Shown one piece after another: positions 26,871 to 40,117 of a stretch of 64,000 nucleotides of DNA. Under the pieces are notes generated by a model that saw only the letters and a program-made list of their open reading frames with translations, was not told where the DNA came from and made no database searches. The position numbers and the translations under genes are program-made. The DNA is from Eledone cirrhosa (Eukaryota), in the NCBI GenBank assembly GCA_964016885.1, contig OZ024741.1, positions 43,772,001 through 43,836,000 of the forward strand, read 5' to 3'. The stretch's first letter is position 1. Each line of letters begins with the position of its first letter.

Positions 26871-29397
26871 TGAGTGCGAGGAGTTGAATAGTCATTAAGA
26901 AAAGATCAAATTGATACCAGCCCTGCCTTCTGTCATTCAGTAATGAGATTAACCACTTTATAATGCGAAATTCCGTACCTATGTATGACAGATACCCGAA
27001 GAACACACCACGATTCAGTATAAATATGAATTTGAATACATATACAATATCTTTATGTACAATAAACTCAGATTTATTCTTACAGGAAGACAACATATCT
27101 ATAAAACATTTCATTCCTAGACATCTGGACGTAGGTGAGTGAGCACTGATGAGATTTAACGGCCGGCTGCTCTAGCATGGTCATAGCTTTAAATAGTCAC
27201 ATTGTGTCAGTTATATATGCATATTATATATATTTGTATAATTCTCTAGGTATCTAAACTTCAAAAACTATATTCTTTGCAAACGACAAAGTAATATTAT
27301 CAATATGACAACCAACAAACATTATATACAACAATCGAAAAATGCTTTCGATTCCTATCAGTCTACTAATTTTGTTCTTTTTTTAATTTAACATTAATTT
27401 TGTTTATCTCCAAAACTCATTTCAGCAATTTCGTAGTCGTAATTGCTTGACTAATGACTTGATCTTAGACCGTGTGTTAAAGCTAAAGCAATTACATCGT
27501 GGAAGTCATCGCCCTCCATAAAAAAAAGAAAAAAAACACAAAAGTATACCAAGATTCACTCAAGATTTATCATTATTTCTCGGTGTCAATGGACAGTTCG
27601 CAAATATTATGACGAAAAGTTTCACACCAAGAAATATTGATAAGCGTGAGGTGAATTTAATATTTTTTTTTAATATGCAAGTGTACCATCAAGTAAAATA
27701 TTTTGCGTATATAGAATTTAAAGGAAACAAGATCATCTCCAGCACAGACAATTGAGATGTCGTCGACAGATAGTTATGACAATGATCGTACTTGCCTAAT
27801 AATTATGTAATTTACGAAAACTTATAAACTTAATAAAGAAATCATGTTTATAGAAAATAGCTTGGCTTCGAATATGTTAACTGATTTTCAATAGATTTCA
27901 TATTCAGAATGTTGACGAATTCAAAACCGTGAAACGCGTAATGAGCACCTCTTGACGTGAAGGCTTTGAAACAATATCAAAATCATTTACTGTTAATATA
28001 ATTTATTATGTAATTATTGATGGAGGCTGCTTTGTGAGATATGTTAACATATTTTCAATGACATTCATTGGCGGAATTGTCTGGTATATGATGTATTTGC
28101 GAGGAATTACGTCTGACAATCATTCTCCTCGTTTCCCGGGGTTTGAAATGCAAAAAGAATAAACAAGAAACAAACCATAATATTAGTGATTTATCTTCAA
28201 ATGAATCTGACGTTTATATTTCTGTCAATAAAGTTGGTTATCTCCCTTTTTTTATAAGGATTGTCAATAAAGTTGGTTATCTCCTTTACATCCATTTTGC
28301 TACCGATAATTTTTATATCGATTTTTTATTGCTCAACGTCGGTCGATTTGAAAAATGTTTGTTATATGATAATCTTAGCGACCTGTGCAACGTGCACAGA
28401 AAATTTGGTCAAATTCAGTTGGCAATTGTAAAAGCCTTAAGTATGCAAATTTGTACACAGACACACACACATCATCGCTTATATATATATAAAGATATGA
28501 TGTATTCAATACCTGCTGTTTCTAGGATCTGCATTATGAACAATACACAGAAACAGCCATAACAGTTTAAAATTAGATATAACAACTACAAAATGCAGTT
28601 ATGTATGTTATATAGATTATAATAATTTTAATGTTTCAAAATGGGCGTCACGCTAACTTCAGCCTGATATAGAATAGCCTCGTTTTAAACTGTAAATCAT
28701 ATTCTGATTTGGGCACGAACGGAGAAAGATGTGGTCAAAATGGTATCTATCATTACGGAAATATGTTTAGTAATTCAAATAGGAAGAGTAAACGGTTTTA
28801 TTATACTTAATTTTACTTTAAATATTTCAGTTACAGTAACGAAATCAAGCGTTTATCAGTCCCTGGATGTTTGGGATGTTGATATCAACCATTAATATCA
28901 TTAAACTGACTTGGCTCCTAGGAATCACGGGAAGAAAAACCAAGAGAAAGTATATTTGCATAACACATCATAGAAAATTCATTCGAGACACGTTCCTTAA
29001 TATAAAGATTCAATAGATTCATTCGAAGAATCAGGTCCAATAAATTCCAGTATTTTTAGAAATTCGGATGAGATTGCCAGTGTTATTTTAGATTATTTAT
29101 GTTCTGAGTTAAACATGGATGTATTTAGCAAATCCACTTCATTGCATGCATTTTGCCCAGGTCTCTTAGATACCTTTCAGCTCATTTCCATCAGACACAG
29201 AGATCATAAAAATCACTGTGGGTGCTGCCCTGTCCCCGTGAATTAACACTAATAAAATAAAATAAAATGAATCGTCAAAACCTAATTCTGAGCATAATTG
29301 CATTCATATCAGCAGTATCTGTTACCTTCAAAGTTATGACTACTGACCAGACTTCTGATCGAATTCTAAATAATAGAAGAACAATCGCCATTACGAA

Positions 29398-29600
29398 GAG
29401 TGGTGGTTTGGCAGTACTAGTAGAGTGTCGGCCACCTGAATCGTGGCTGATACATCCAATTATACTCTAAGTTCAAATCCTGTCAAGGATAGCTTTGCTT
29501 TTCATCAATACGGGATTGAGGAAATAAAGTATCAGTAACGCATTGGGGTTGATTTAGACGACTTGCCCCTGCCCCAATTGTTGGCTTTGTGTCTAACGCA
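29398..29600 (+). mobile_element. Octopod tRNA-derived SINE (diverged)
   Basis: tggcagta...gttcaaatcc...ctttgcttttcatc...aataaagtatcagt; homologous to the other SINE copies. Confidence 0.8.
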
Positions 29601-30039
29601 TTATTATGAAGTTATATTTACGTGCCAAACGTGACACATTTGTGTAATATTGATTTCTTATATTAAATCCATTGTCAATGGAATATATTAAGGATGTAAT
29701 TTGTAAATATTCTGAATGATGGTATACAGAATTAGGGCATAGATAACGTTTTGTATTCTAGCCTATCTGCATAACACCTTCACTCAAAATCCTATGTAAT
29801 TTCACATCAAATAACCAGAAATGTGTAGACAGTAACACACTGTACCTAACTGCAAATTATTTCATCTTATATCTAAGAAACCCTCAGCTCGGTGCGTGTG
29901 TGTGTGAGGGGGGTGGGGTGTCCCATTCTATTTCAGGAATTCCTTTTAGACATCTATGACAGGATATTTATAACTTGATTCTATAGGTTATTGTCTAGCC
30001 ATATTGCGGCATTTTGGTGGTCTTTTTCGCGCCAGACAT

Positions 30040-30780
30040 CAATTTGGGAGGATTTTCAGACACTACAATGTGGGTGTTGGAGTCTGCTAAGTGTGTGTAC
30101 TGTCACTCCCTCCTCTTCATAATTCTCATGGATAGGATTGACATGCGCAGTCGGCTTGGAAGAGGAATCAGGACTGGTTACTTTAGGATCAGTCGGTTGG
30201 AATTTGCTGACGAGACAAGCTAGTACTTGCTTCGTCACAAGGTTATCTCTGACATGCAGGAATAAGAATCTGTGCTGCGGAGACTAAACAGCGCACTATG
30301 CATGTACGTGGAGAAGTTCAAGTATTTCGGGGCCTTTTCCACAAGTGATGGTAGGCAGGATGCTGAAATAAATGAAAGAATTGTAGGACATGGTACAGTA
30401 ATGCACCAGCTTTAGTATTCGGTCAACCGAACAAGGGAGGTGGGTGTAAAAGTAAAAACTTCTATATTGTATTCGGTATTTATGCTACCTTTCACTTATG
30501 ATCATGAATTATAGATAATGACCGAACGAATACGATCAAGAATACAAACGGCCTCAAAGGGTTTCCTTCGAAAAGTCGTTGGAGTAACGTTGCTTGATAG
30601 GGTACATAAGACGGAGATCAATGGGTTGCTCTACGTAGATCCATTGCTTCTCGGAATTGTAGAACACACCTCCGATGCTACAGACATGTAGTTAGAATGT
30701 CTCAAGAAAACACTGGACAGATTTTATGGAAGGCTTACATAACGACACTACATCCATGACCCTCCCAGGAATAAGTGTGT
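30040..30780 (+). pseudogene. RTE-clade LINE reverse transcriptase remnant
   Basis: LLFIILMDRI...RLEFAD, VEKFKYFG..SDGRQDAEINERI, TYDHEL.IMTERIRSRIQ..FLRKVVGVTLLDRV. Confidence 0.8.
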
Positions 30781-31662
30781 GAAGTAGATTATATTGTTTA
30801 GTAGATTCAACAATTGACTATATAATGATGAAATGCGTGTTCCATTGAACAGCATGGCATCTACGGAACGTGTATTTACAAAAGTCATATGTACACGCCA
30901 GGTTTGTAAGTGAAATTGTACTCACGATACCTGTGTAGGAGGCTGTCGGATGGATTGTACTTGTAATCAATGTGCCCAGCCATTCACATATTGTGTCTCC
31001 TCGATTCAGCTTGGGAATGAGATTAAGAGTTCACGTTCAATCTTGTGTTATCCGTTCACGTTTTTAAACAACTGAATGTTCATCATTGAAATGATTGGAA
31101 GATCCATCACATATTCCTTAAAACATTGGTTCCCAAACATTTCAATACATAGTAGACCTTTTGTTTCAAAGGAAACCCATGCTTTTTAAATGTATGTCTA
31201 CTTAAAAAAACACATGAACAATCTCTACTACATTTGCGATTTACAAGAGGAACACAGAATGACAGTTACTACTCTGTAGCAATAGTAGTATCATTGGTTG
31301 ATGTCCGCATGTTTAACGCATCGAGATATCCTTATACCATGATCCTGTGGCAAGGGTGCAATATTACTGACTCACCCTTAGTAACAAATATACAATTAAA
31401 CCAATTATATTTCAAATTGAAATAAATTCATGACTTAATATTTACTGGCTTGTCGAGAGAAAGGCGAACTCAATTATATCATTTAGAATTGCAAGTGTTA
31501 ATCTCATACTGCTAACATAGTAGTGTGTATTTTAAAGAAATATAAGGGGGCATTCAGGAATTGAATTTACGTTGAAAATTCACCATGTCGTGTAAACGCC
31601 TTCTACTAGTGTATTTCGAACTGTAGTTATGTGTAATTTAAATTGGAGAATATAACATTAAA

Positions 31663-31857
31663 CAGACCTGTCAACCTCTAAAATCCCAAACGGGGAGTAC
31701 CATGAAAGAAAGTGCCCCCAAACGAGGAGAAATGAGGCAAAATGGGGAGATTTTACATAAGGAAAGCTATACCTATATTCACAAGAGAAGACATCTCTCA
31801 CCCACCCCAAAGTGGGTCGGGGATATCTCCGTCGGACGGGAAGAGTTGACAGGTCTG
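31663..31857. mobile_element. MITE, hAT-like
   Basis: TIRs CAGACCTGTCAAC...GTTGACAGGTCTG, with cattaaa duplicated on both flanks. Confidence 0.85.
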
Positions 31858-32817
31858 CATTAAAATACGGAAGTATCTGGAACTGCTATCATTACGTTGA
31901 TGGAGTGAGGTTGCTAATCACAATAATAGGTATGAAATAATCTATTGGATGGATGTTTAGAATTGTAATCTTTTGAATAAATATAATGAGAAAGCAATTG
32001 AATCAAAGAAAACGGATAATGATTTGACACCATACATAATGTAATCACGTGTTTATGTGGGATTTGTTAACATCATATTCGTTACATACTATGCTTTTAC
32101 TGTATATTATTTCCCTCATTAAATGATGCCAATGTTTGCCTTCATCTTCATCTAACTGTGTGTATCATTATACCTTGAATTGAGTTGCTAATACGGGAGT
32201 CAAAATACAGTTTAAATAATAGCATCTACCATTGAAACAAGCAAGGAAACATCAATGCTTAATGCAAACGTGAACGCAATATAGGGGAATGTTTAAGACG
32301 TTGTTTCACAAGCATTAGATTGTTTCGATCATACTGATTGCATATTTGATAAGTGTCATTTACCATAGTGTGTGAGTGACATTTTGTAGACATGACCGGA
32401 TTTAATGGGTACAAAGGGGAAAAATGTCCCGAGATCCATGCAGTGGGGCTGAGTCACCAGCGACGGCCATATCACTTCATTTGCCCCCTCAGGTGGGCTT
32501 TTTATTTTCAGGATGGTTAGAATTTTTGAATGTAATACCTGTGCGTATAACTTTTCAATTCAAATTGCTTGCGCCAAGTTAACTTTTATATTAGAGGAGG
32601 CGGGGGTGCTGTGTATTCTATCTTGTTGTGCATGAGGTGCTCCCCAAACTGAAGTGCCTCGGGGCTCCCAAGGTCAAAATGTAGCCCTTTGTGTAGAAAG
32701 GAACTGTTTAGAAGCCCACCAGGTAAATTGTGACAGTACTTGAAGATACAATCCATGTCACGGACTGTTTTATGCTGAATCCACGAGCGAATTATATTAG
32801 GATTATACGTATATTTA

Positions 32818-33008
32818 AGGGCGGTGATTTGGCAGTATCGTTAGAGGGTCGGACACTATTCATTCTAGCATAGTTACGTCCCATTACGGTCTGAGTTCAA
32901 ATCCCGTCGAGGCTAACTTTGCTTTTTATCCTTACGATGTCGATAAAATAAAGTACCAGTAATGTACTGGTTGATTGTTGGCCTTGTGCCAAAAGTAGAA
33001 ACAATTAT
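32818..33008 (+). mobile_element. Octopod tRNA-derived SINE
   Basis: A-box-like tggcagtatcgttag, B-box gagttcaaatcc, and the family 3' end ggccttgtgccaaaagtagaaacaatta. Confidence 0.88.
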
Positions 33009-33449
33009 TTTATTTTATTTATAATTTATGTTTAATTTTGTTCTAATTGTTTCGAAGAGCAATAAAAACTTCTACCGATTCTGTAGACTTATATTCACCT
33101 TCTTTCTCGTTGGCGGGGGGCATGCAGAGATGCGTTCCCTGGTGGGCAGTCTAGTTTCTTCTGGTAGGTTTTGTGACAGGTTGAGGGACCTTTGGGGCGA
33201 ATTGTTGCCAACGCAGAATAATCGGATGGTGGGGCTGCTATATTGTTGGCTGAAACGACACGCCACGGATCACCATTCGTCGGGAACACTTCCTCGGATT
33301 TACGGAACGCACTTACCCCTTTGCCAGGACAAGGCCAGATCCAGGAGAACGATTTATATTAAATGTTACATTAACACGCTGGTAGTTAATTGAGAAAATA
33401 TCCTAAGTTGTACATTCGAAGTGTATGTTAATGATTTATCTGTCCTTCT

Positions 33450-33502
<53 letters not shown>

Positions 33503-34236
33503 ATTAGTATCTGAGACTCCGTAAAGGCGCATTTAAACTTTTATTGTATAGGCATGTAAACATTCCAAATATAGGTATCACCTGGTTAATTAAAATGATG
33601 TTAATAATTATTAACCGGTTTTCATATTTAGTTGTCTTTTATTAGAAATCATGAATATCATCTAAATTACAAACACAAGGAAAGGCATATTGGTTAAAAT
33701 CGTTTGTGTGTATGTGTGTGCGTATGTGTGTGTATGCATGTGTATGTATGTGTGTATGGGGGGTGTATTTGATAGTAAACAATGAATGCTTTATAATTCA
33801 TAGCATCAGCTGATACATTAGTCATATAGAACATCTCAAAGTAGTGCAATATAATACATATATAATATACAAGTCACAACGATAATAGATAATTTATTCT
33901 GGAAGTGTTAATCATAACAAAAACAATAAACACACGAATAATGTTCACTTGGTATAAAGTAAATTAAAGTATCACTAATGATGTATACACTCAGTGATGA
34001 CAACATTTAGTGGCATGTTTTAAATATATCAAAGAAAGGAGGCAGTGAAGAAACAACAATCACGTCTTAAATTCGAGGTTGTGAGGGTCTGGAGACCTTA
34101 AAAGAGGTTTTATTAACTGTTATTTTCCAAACAAACAGCAAAAAACGTTCTTTGTATATATATATATATGTAATTATGCGCACGTACACACACAAACCCA
34201 AACACACACACATATATACATATACATATATATATA

Positions 34237-34269
<33 letters not shown>

Positions 34270-34272
34270 GCA

Positions 34273-34451
34273 ATAATTGTTTCTACTTTTGGCACAAGGC
34301 CAGCAATTACCCAGTACATTACTGGTACTTTATTTTATCGACCCCGTAAGGATGAAAGGCAAAGTTAACCTCGGCGGGATTTGAACACAGACCGTAAAGG
34401 GACGTAACTATGCTGGAAAGCATGGCGTCCGACTCTCTACTGATACTGCCA
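34273..34451 (-). mobile_element. Octopod tRNA-derived SINE
   Basis: Reverse complement of the same family. Confidence 0.88.
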
Positions 34452-35759
34452 CAATAATGAGAGGTACACAAATATATGTGTATACATACATATACATACA
34501 TACATACACATACACTTTTCACAAGTATGTGAGATTGTGTGTTGTCAACCTTAACCAGTGTTGCTCTATGACTATGAGAGACAAGGTAATCAGAATAATT
34601 AAATTGACTCTATATCAGAGCTATGTAATATATTATAAAGTAAGAAGAAATATTAGACATAAATAAATACCCCTTTTTTCTACAAATTCCCGACTGTACA
34701 GTTTCGTGGCTACTATGCAAACATCCTATATCATAGAGATGTAATATTTTTGTGAGGTATGCTGACTTTTCACCGGAACACCTCAAAGAAAGATTTCAAA
34801 ACAGGTCTGCATCGCGCGAGAGAATATCGAAAAGACGGAGGGAGACCCTATCACGTGATACAGTGGTCAAGAAATGGGGCTAAATCCCTTGTAATTTGAA
34901 ATTTTTGTTTTAAAATTTGAAGCTGTGCAGTGCCGATGACCAGTCGTCACCTGTTTGTTCCTCAATGGCTTTCAGGTATAATCAACATATTTCTGGGTCA
35001 TTACTCTTCATCAGGACTGTATACCACTGCAAGTCTGTTGAACGGTTGAAAATATATAGTAAAATACTTAAGTATACATCGGCTGAGTAGCCTCATATGC
35101 ACCCCCACGAGTTACGGCTGTGCAGGGAGAGAAATACAATTCTAGTTATATATATATATATATATATATTCATATATATAAGTAAAGGTGGTAACGTTAT
35201 AGGTAATCCAAGTAGAGGTTACCGGTAATCTATACCGTGAATGATTTTAAAGAGCGGCGTTGGTTGACTAAACAAGATGTTTATTTGGTTGTGGCATTCG
35301 GATGGCCGAATTCGGATAGTTCGTAGGTAAGCCGTAGCTGGAGTATTAATAATGAATGAATGAAAATTAACAGTAGGATGAGCTTTACAGTAGGGTTTAT
35401 TCTAAGTATTAACACATGTTTCATTGGCTAGTATGTAATCGGATGCGTCTCAATATCGCTGTTTTCAGTGTTATTGTGAAATTCGATTTTACATACAGCT
35501 TATACGAGGCAAATTATGAAAATAATTAGGTTTTTTATTTAACCTCATTGTATTTCCGTTGTTGTAGGTGCTTCTGTGGCTTTGCCCCATTAACCACAGT
35601 TTTCAACTTGTCACGCCTTTTAACGTATGTTTGTTAATCTAAGATATAACTTAGCGAGTTATCGATATCTTCTTATTCAGTGCTCTGTGCAAAGCTTCCG
35701 AATATTGCCTTTTAGCGGATGCTAGCCGAACGCTACAGCTTCGATTTTACTCACTTCCA

Positions 35760-35853
<94 letters not shown>

Positions 35854-36760
35854 CATACATATATAAGAAAAGTTAACAAAATTGTATATTAGTGTAACGT
35901 TTGATATAGTTAGTAAAGAACCTTCACATGTCGGTCGCTAATTTTTCAGGGGGAAGATCGAGATAGAGAGTAGGAAAAATGAAGATAGAGGACTAAAAAT
36001 GAAAGCAATGAAGATATTAAATGGAGAGATATTACGTATTGCTAAGTATCCATCTTGAAATGTATGTGTGTCTGGTTGTGTTTTACAAAATGGAGTTAAG
36101 TGCGAAACAAATATTTTCCCAGACAACAGGAATTTCTGTTAATAATTTTCTTTAACTTCTTTAACTTCAGTAACTGCGATATAAATAAGATTTTGGTGGC
36201 TTGTTACATTAGAAGTTTAAGGAAAGAAATAACAGGCGCTATTAAGAGAAAAGAAAGAATATCTCAGACATATATGTGGCTTACAGAGTCGATGAAAATA
36301 ACTGCATATCTGTTTTGACAAATCCAATAGCTATCTGGAAAATTATTTTCTTGATTGCCACCCTATATTTAGAAAAAAATCTATATAATTGTTCTTATCT
36401 GATGCTAAAGGATACATTGTCTCTTTATTCACAACGATCTGTAGATTACCAGCTGCAGTAATAGAATATTAATTTGACTCGCAGTAATTAACTTCAGTTT
36501 GTTTCGAGCGACAATTCATGAGTATTGCGTGCAAATTTGTTGTATAGCGTGTTTTGTATATAAACATATATGCAGATTCAGTACAAGAGTATGTGTTTGT
36601 TTGTTTGTGTGTGTGTCTGTGTGTGTGCTTGTGCTTATGGATTTATATGGTTTTTGTCTGAGCGTGTTTGTGTATGCATGTGTGTATGTTTGTGCGTATG
36701 CGTTAGTGTATGCTTGTAGTTAGGTTTGCATGTGTGTATGTTTGTGTGTATAAATTAGTC

Positions 36761-36829
<69 letters not shown>

Positions 36830-37614
36830 AATAATGAGGGTGAGAGAAATGCATTTTAATGCGTTTACATTAATGGTTGAGAGTTATAGAATGAATATCC
36901 AGTTTATGCCGACATAGTCTAGAAATCTGACCTATAGGTAAAATGCAAACAGCGTTTCTATTGTAAATCAAAGAGATTCCCTAGAAACAATTAACAGGAA
37001 AACAGAATACAGTGTGTTCGCTTTTTACGCGAAGATGCGTTCACGAACGCGGGACGTAAAGCAAATACACGTATTTCAAGTCTAATTTTCTGATAAATAA
37101 AAACAATTAAAATCGACACGCGTTATCGCGCGTTATTCGCGCAAACTGAATAATATGCTTTCAGCTACAAAAGCCACCACATCTGGACGGATGTACTTTA
37201 TTTCTTCATACACTTTTGTCCATTTAAGTATTGAGCTAGTTTCCTCCTCCACTTTATATATTTTCTCAAGTACCTCAGAGTTGTTGGGTTTGATGATCGT
37301 TTATTTTAGAGAATCTGACAATTTCAGTCATTATTTGAAGCTTTGCTTTCATTCAAGTTTCCTCTTCATTTTTATTTCTGTTACAATAGTCTGTCTGTCT
37401 TCCTGAAACTCCATTTCGCCCTCACCTTCACCAATGGATGAATTGATACTGTTAACAAGAAGGTGTCTGTCACCTTTGAGACCGAGCGTAATATTGCTTT
37501 CGCTTCCTAACTCAGGATTTAGTGGAGGCATTTCAGGGACAGTTTTCTCTTTGCCTATTCCTGAGTATGATTGTCTATGCTGCTGGCAAACTCATCTCAA
37601 ACGTTGACCAACGG

Positions 37615-38331
37615 GAGGTCCGCTCCGAACCAAATTCAAATAAACCTTAGCCGAGATGTCAGTCAATTGACCCTGACTAGAACGTGCTCATCTCTGCACG
37701 TGCCGAATTTCAGAACCTTTGACTTCCTTTGTGTGATGCAAGCTCCCTTAAACTATTTATTTCAACTCAATGGCGGAGACGTCATTGCGTATGACTATAC
37801 GTCTCCCCTGCAATCCGGTTCAAGCGGAATCCACTTAAGAGTACCATTCTTCGCAGCAACTATGCCAACGCCAATACACAGAGGATTCGAGAGAAGGGAT
37901 AAATCTTGATGAACAAAACACTTGATATAACACGGTTCCGATATGTAGCTGTTTAGTTTCACCACGAAAGAAATCTCCAGAAATGTTATAAACCAGTATA
38001 CAAACCATGTTTTGTCCGTAAAAATATATATGTAAACATATCTATATAGTAAAAATATATATATAGTAGAGATAATCTGACATAGCCTGAGAGGTAACAA
38101 GGGTTGTATACTGGTGTATATCGTTGCAGGAGAGACGTTTATGCATATATAATGACGTCACGATCATTGAGTTGAGTACAAATAGTAAACGGTTACTTAC
38201 ATCAAACGAATCAAATGAGTTGGCCTGAAACTAGGGATATGCAGAATTAAGCCAATGTTAATCAGGGTCAGTTTCTGCCTAAGGACTGACAGCCCGATTA
38301 AAATACTTGGAGTGAGGTTTGGAACGGACCT
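37615..38331. repeat. Long imperfect inverted repeat (fold-back/MITE-like)
   Basis: About 37615-37815 is reverse-complementary to about 38122-38331: aggtccgctccgaacc/ggtttggaacggacct and gacgtcatt...cgtctcccctgcaa/ttgcaggagagacg...aatgacgtc. Confidence 0.6.
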
Positions 38332-38342
38332 CATACATATAT

Positions 38343-38422
<80 letters not shown>

Positions 38423-38425
<3 letters not shown>

Positions 38426-38614
38426 CGAAGGAATGTGGTAAAGAACCAGATGGACCATAACGCACCAAAGTACTGAATACTTAGGGTAGTAGAGTGGGTA
38501 ATAGGAACGAGTAGAACCCCGACGGCTGAGCTCAAGCCGTTTCGACGGCTAATTCTGGACTCAGAATTAGCCGTCGAAAACGGCTTGAGCTCAGCCGTCG
38601 AGGTCCTACTCGTT

Positions 38615-38618
<4 letters not shown>
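38423..38618 (-). mobile_element. Fold-back mini-PLE (HHR 3' half palindrome plus tail) in (TA)n
   Basis: 38502-38618 is a near-perfect palindrome centred on 38558-38561, built from the 1121-1175 terminus. Confidence 0.85.
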
Positions 38619-38672
<54 letters not shown>

Positions 38673-38673
<1 letters not shown>

Positions 38674-39159
38674 GAATGTGTGGATAGTATATTTGGCAAT
38701 TTACTGTATGTTTGATTTAAAATATTTAGAAGACCATTCACTATTAGTTTTAAAATAGTGACTATGTTACTTACTTAGTCACGGCAAAAACGACAGAGAG
38801 TGATCGACAGACAGTCTGTTTCTCCCTTGTAAGCGTTTATCAAGACCACACCCAGTTGCCTTTGCCGAGAATTATAGAGGCTGGATTCTTATAGAATTCC
38901 AGTAATAATCAATAGCTGATTAAAAAGAGCGATTGCCGGTCCAGCAAAACCTAGGTATTAGTATTGGTGCTCTGAAATAGCGATGTATACGTGAATGTAT
39001 GTATAGTATATTTGGCGATATACTGTATGTTCAATTAAAACATTAAAAAAAACCATTCGCTATGAGTTTTAAAGTGGTAAATAACAACAGAGAGCGGCCG
39101 ACAGACAGTCTATTTCTCCCTTGTGAGTGTTTATCAAGACCACACACTCAGTTGCCTTA

Positions 39160-39160
<1 letters not shown>
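38673..39160 (+). repeat. Two diverged direct repeats around a decayed HHR-like motif
   Basis: 38673-38862 resembles 38992-39157, with a further copy at about 59433-59575. The spacer has gctgga...tccagc-AAAA-cctagg-TA. Confidence 0.55.
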
Positions 39161-39194
<34 letters not shown>

Positions 39195-39224
39195 TATATG
39201 TGTGTGTGTGTGCGTGTGTGTGTC

Positions 39225-39278
<54 letters not shown>

Positions 39279-39560
39279 TGTGTTTGTATGTGTGTGTGTG
39301 TGCGTGTATAATTTATGTACAGCACAACATATGTTAGAAAATATCTAAGATAAATCTAATATATTTCTAAATACTTAAATATATATTTTTACCCAATCAT
39401 TCTCACACAAACGCGCGTATGTATATATAAATATACCTATATATTTGAATTTCGTATTTCTAAAGGAATACAGTGTGTTTATAAATAAACATTTGGAACG
39501 CCGTAGCGATGTAAAATACTGGCAGCTCACGCCACCCAGTGGTGTCCGGCAGAAGCAAGG

Positions 39561-39617
39561 GGGAGAATCGTCTATGCATTTCGAGTTCAAATGGTTCTCA
39601 TCAGAACGATCCCTCCC
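39561..39617 (-). ncRNA. Type I hammerhead ribozyme (canonical core, weakened stem II)
   Basis: Minus strand: gggatcgtt-CTGATGA-gaaccatttgaactc-GAAA-tgca-TA-gacgattctccc. Confidence 0.75.
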
Positions 39618-39751
39618 TCTCTTGCAGCTGCTGGACTTTGTAAAAAGGCGAAAATATATAGTTTTTTCGTCTGTGTAAATGAGGTGGATAATCTCATCTG
39701 GACATGAAGTTGTATAAGTAGGCTCAAATTATAATACAAATAGAACCAGAA

Positions 39752-39938
39752 TTTAGCTTCGAACATAGCTGTTTGCTAATATGTATTTCAATTTCGTATT
39801 TCTAAAGAAATACAGTATGTTTATAAATAAACAAAAACAAGCTATGGCTTTCTAAATGTTTATTTATAAACATACCGTATTCCTTTAGAAATACGAAATT
39901 CAAATACATATTCGTATACAACTGTGTTCGAAGCTAAA
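39752..39938. repeat. About 80-bp inverted repeat; arm also repeated at 39440-39492
   Basis: tttagcttcgaaca...ataaataaaca pairs with tgtttatttat...tgttcgaagctaaa. This is a PLE-like direct plus inverted terminal arrangement. Confidence 0.8.
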
Positions 39939-39968
39939 GTGTGTGTGTGCGTGTGTGTGTGTGTGTGT

Positions 39969-40021
<53 letters not shown>

Positions 40022-40075
40022 CGTGTGTGTGTGTGTGTGTGTGTGTGCATGTGTGTGTGTGTGTGTGTGTGTGCG

Positions 40076-40117
<42 letters not shown>

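Noticed and set aside
26413-26898. Open poly-Asp frame resembling acidic biomineralisation proteins, plus poly-Met and poly-Ile ORFs
   Set aside because: GAT cannot become a stop by a single substitution, so an open frame is expected. There is no start, signal peptide or convincing splice acceptor.
27140-27190. gagcaCTGATGAgat possible hammerhead (likewise 45615)
   Set aside because: No stem II followed by GAAA and UH.
32392-32690. Second hAT-like MITE
   Set aside because: Putative TIRs are too degenerate and no TSD is visible.
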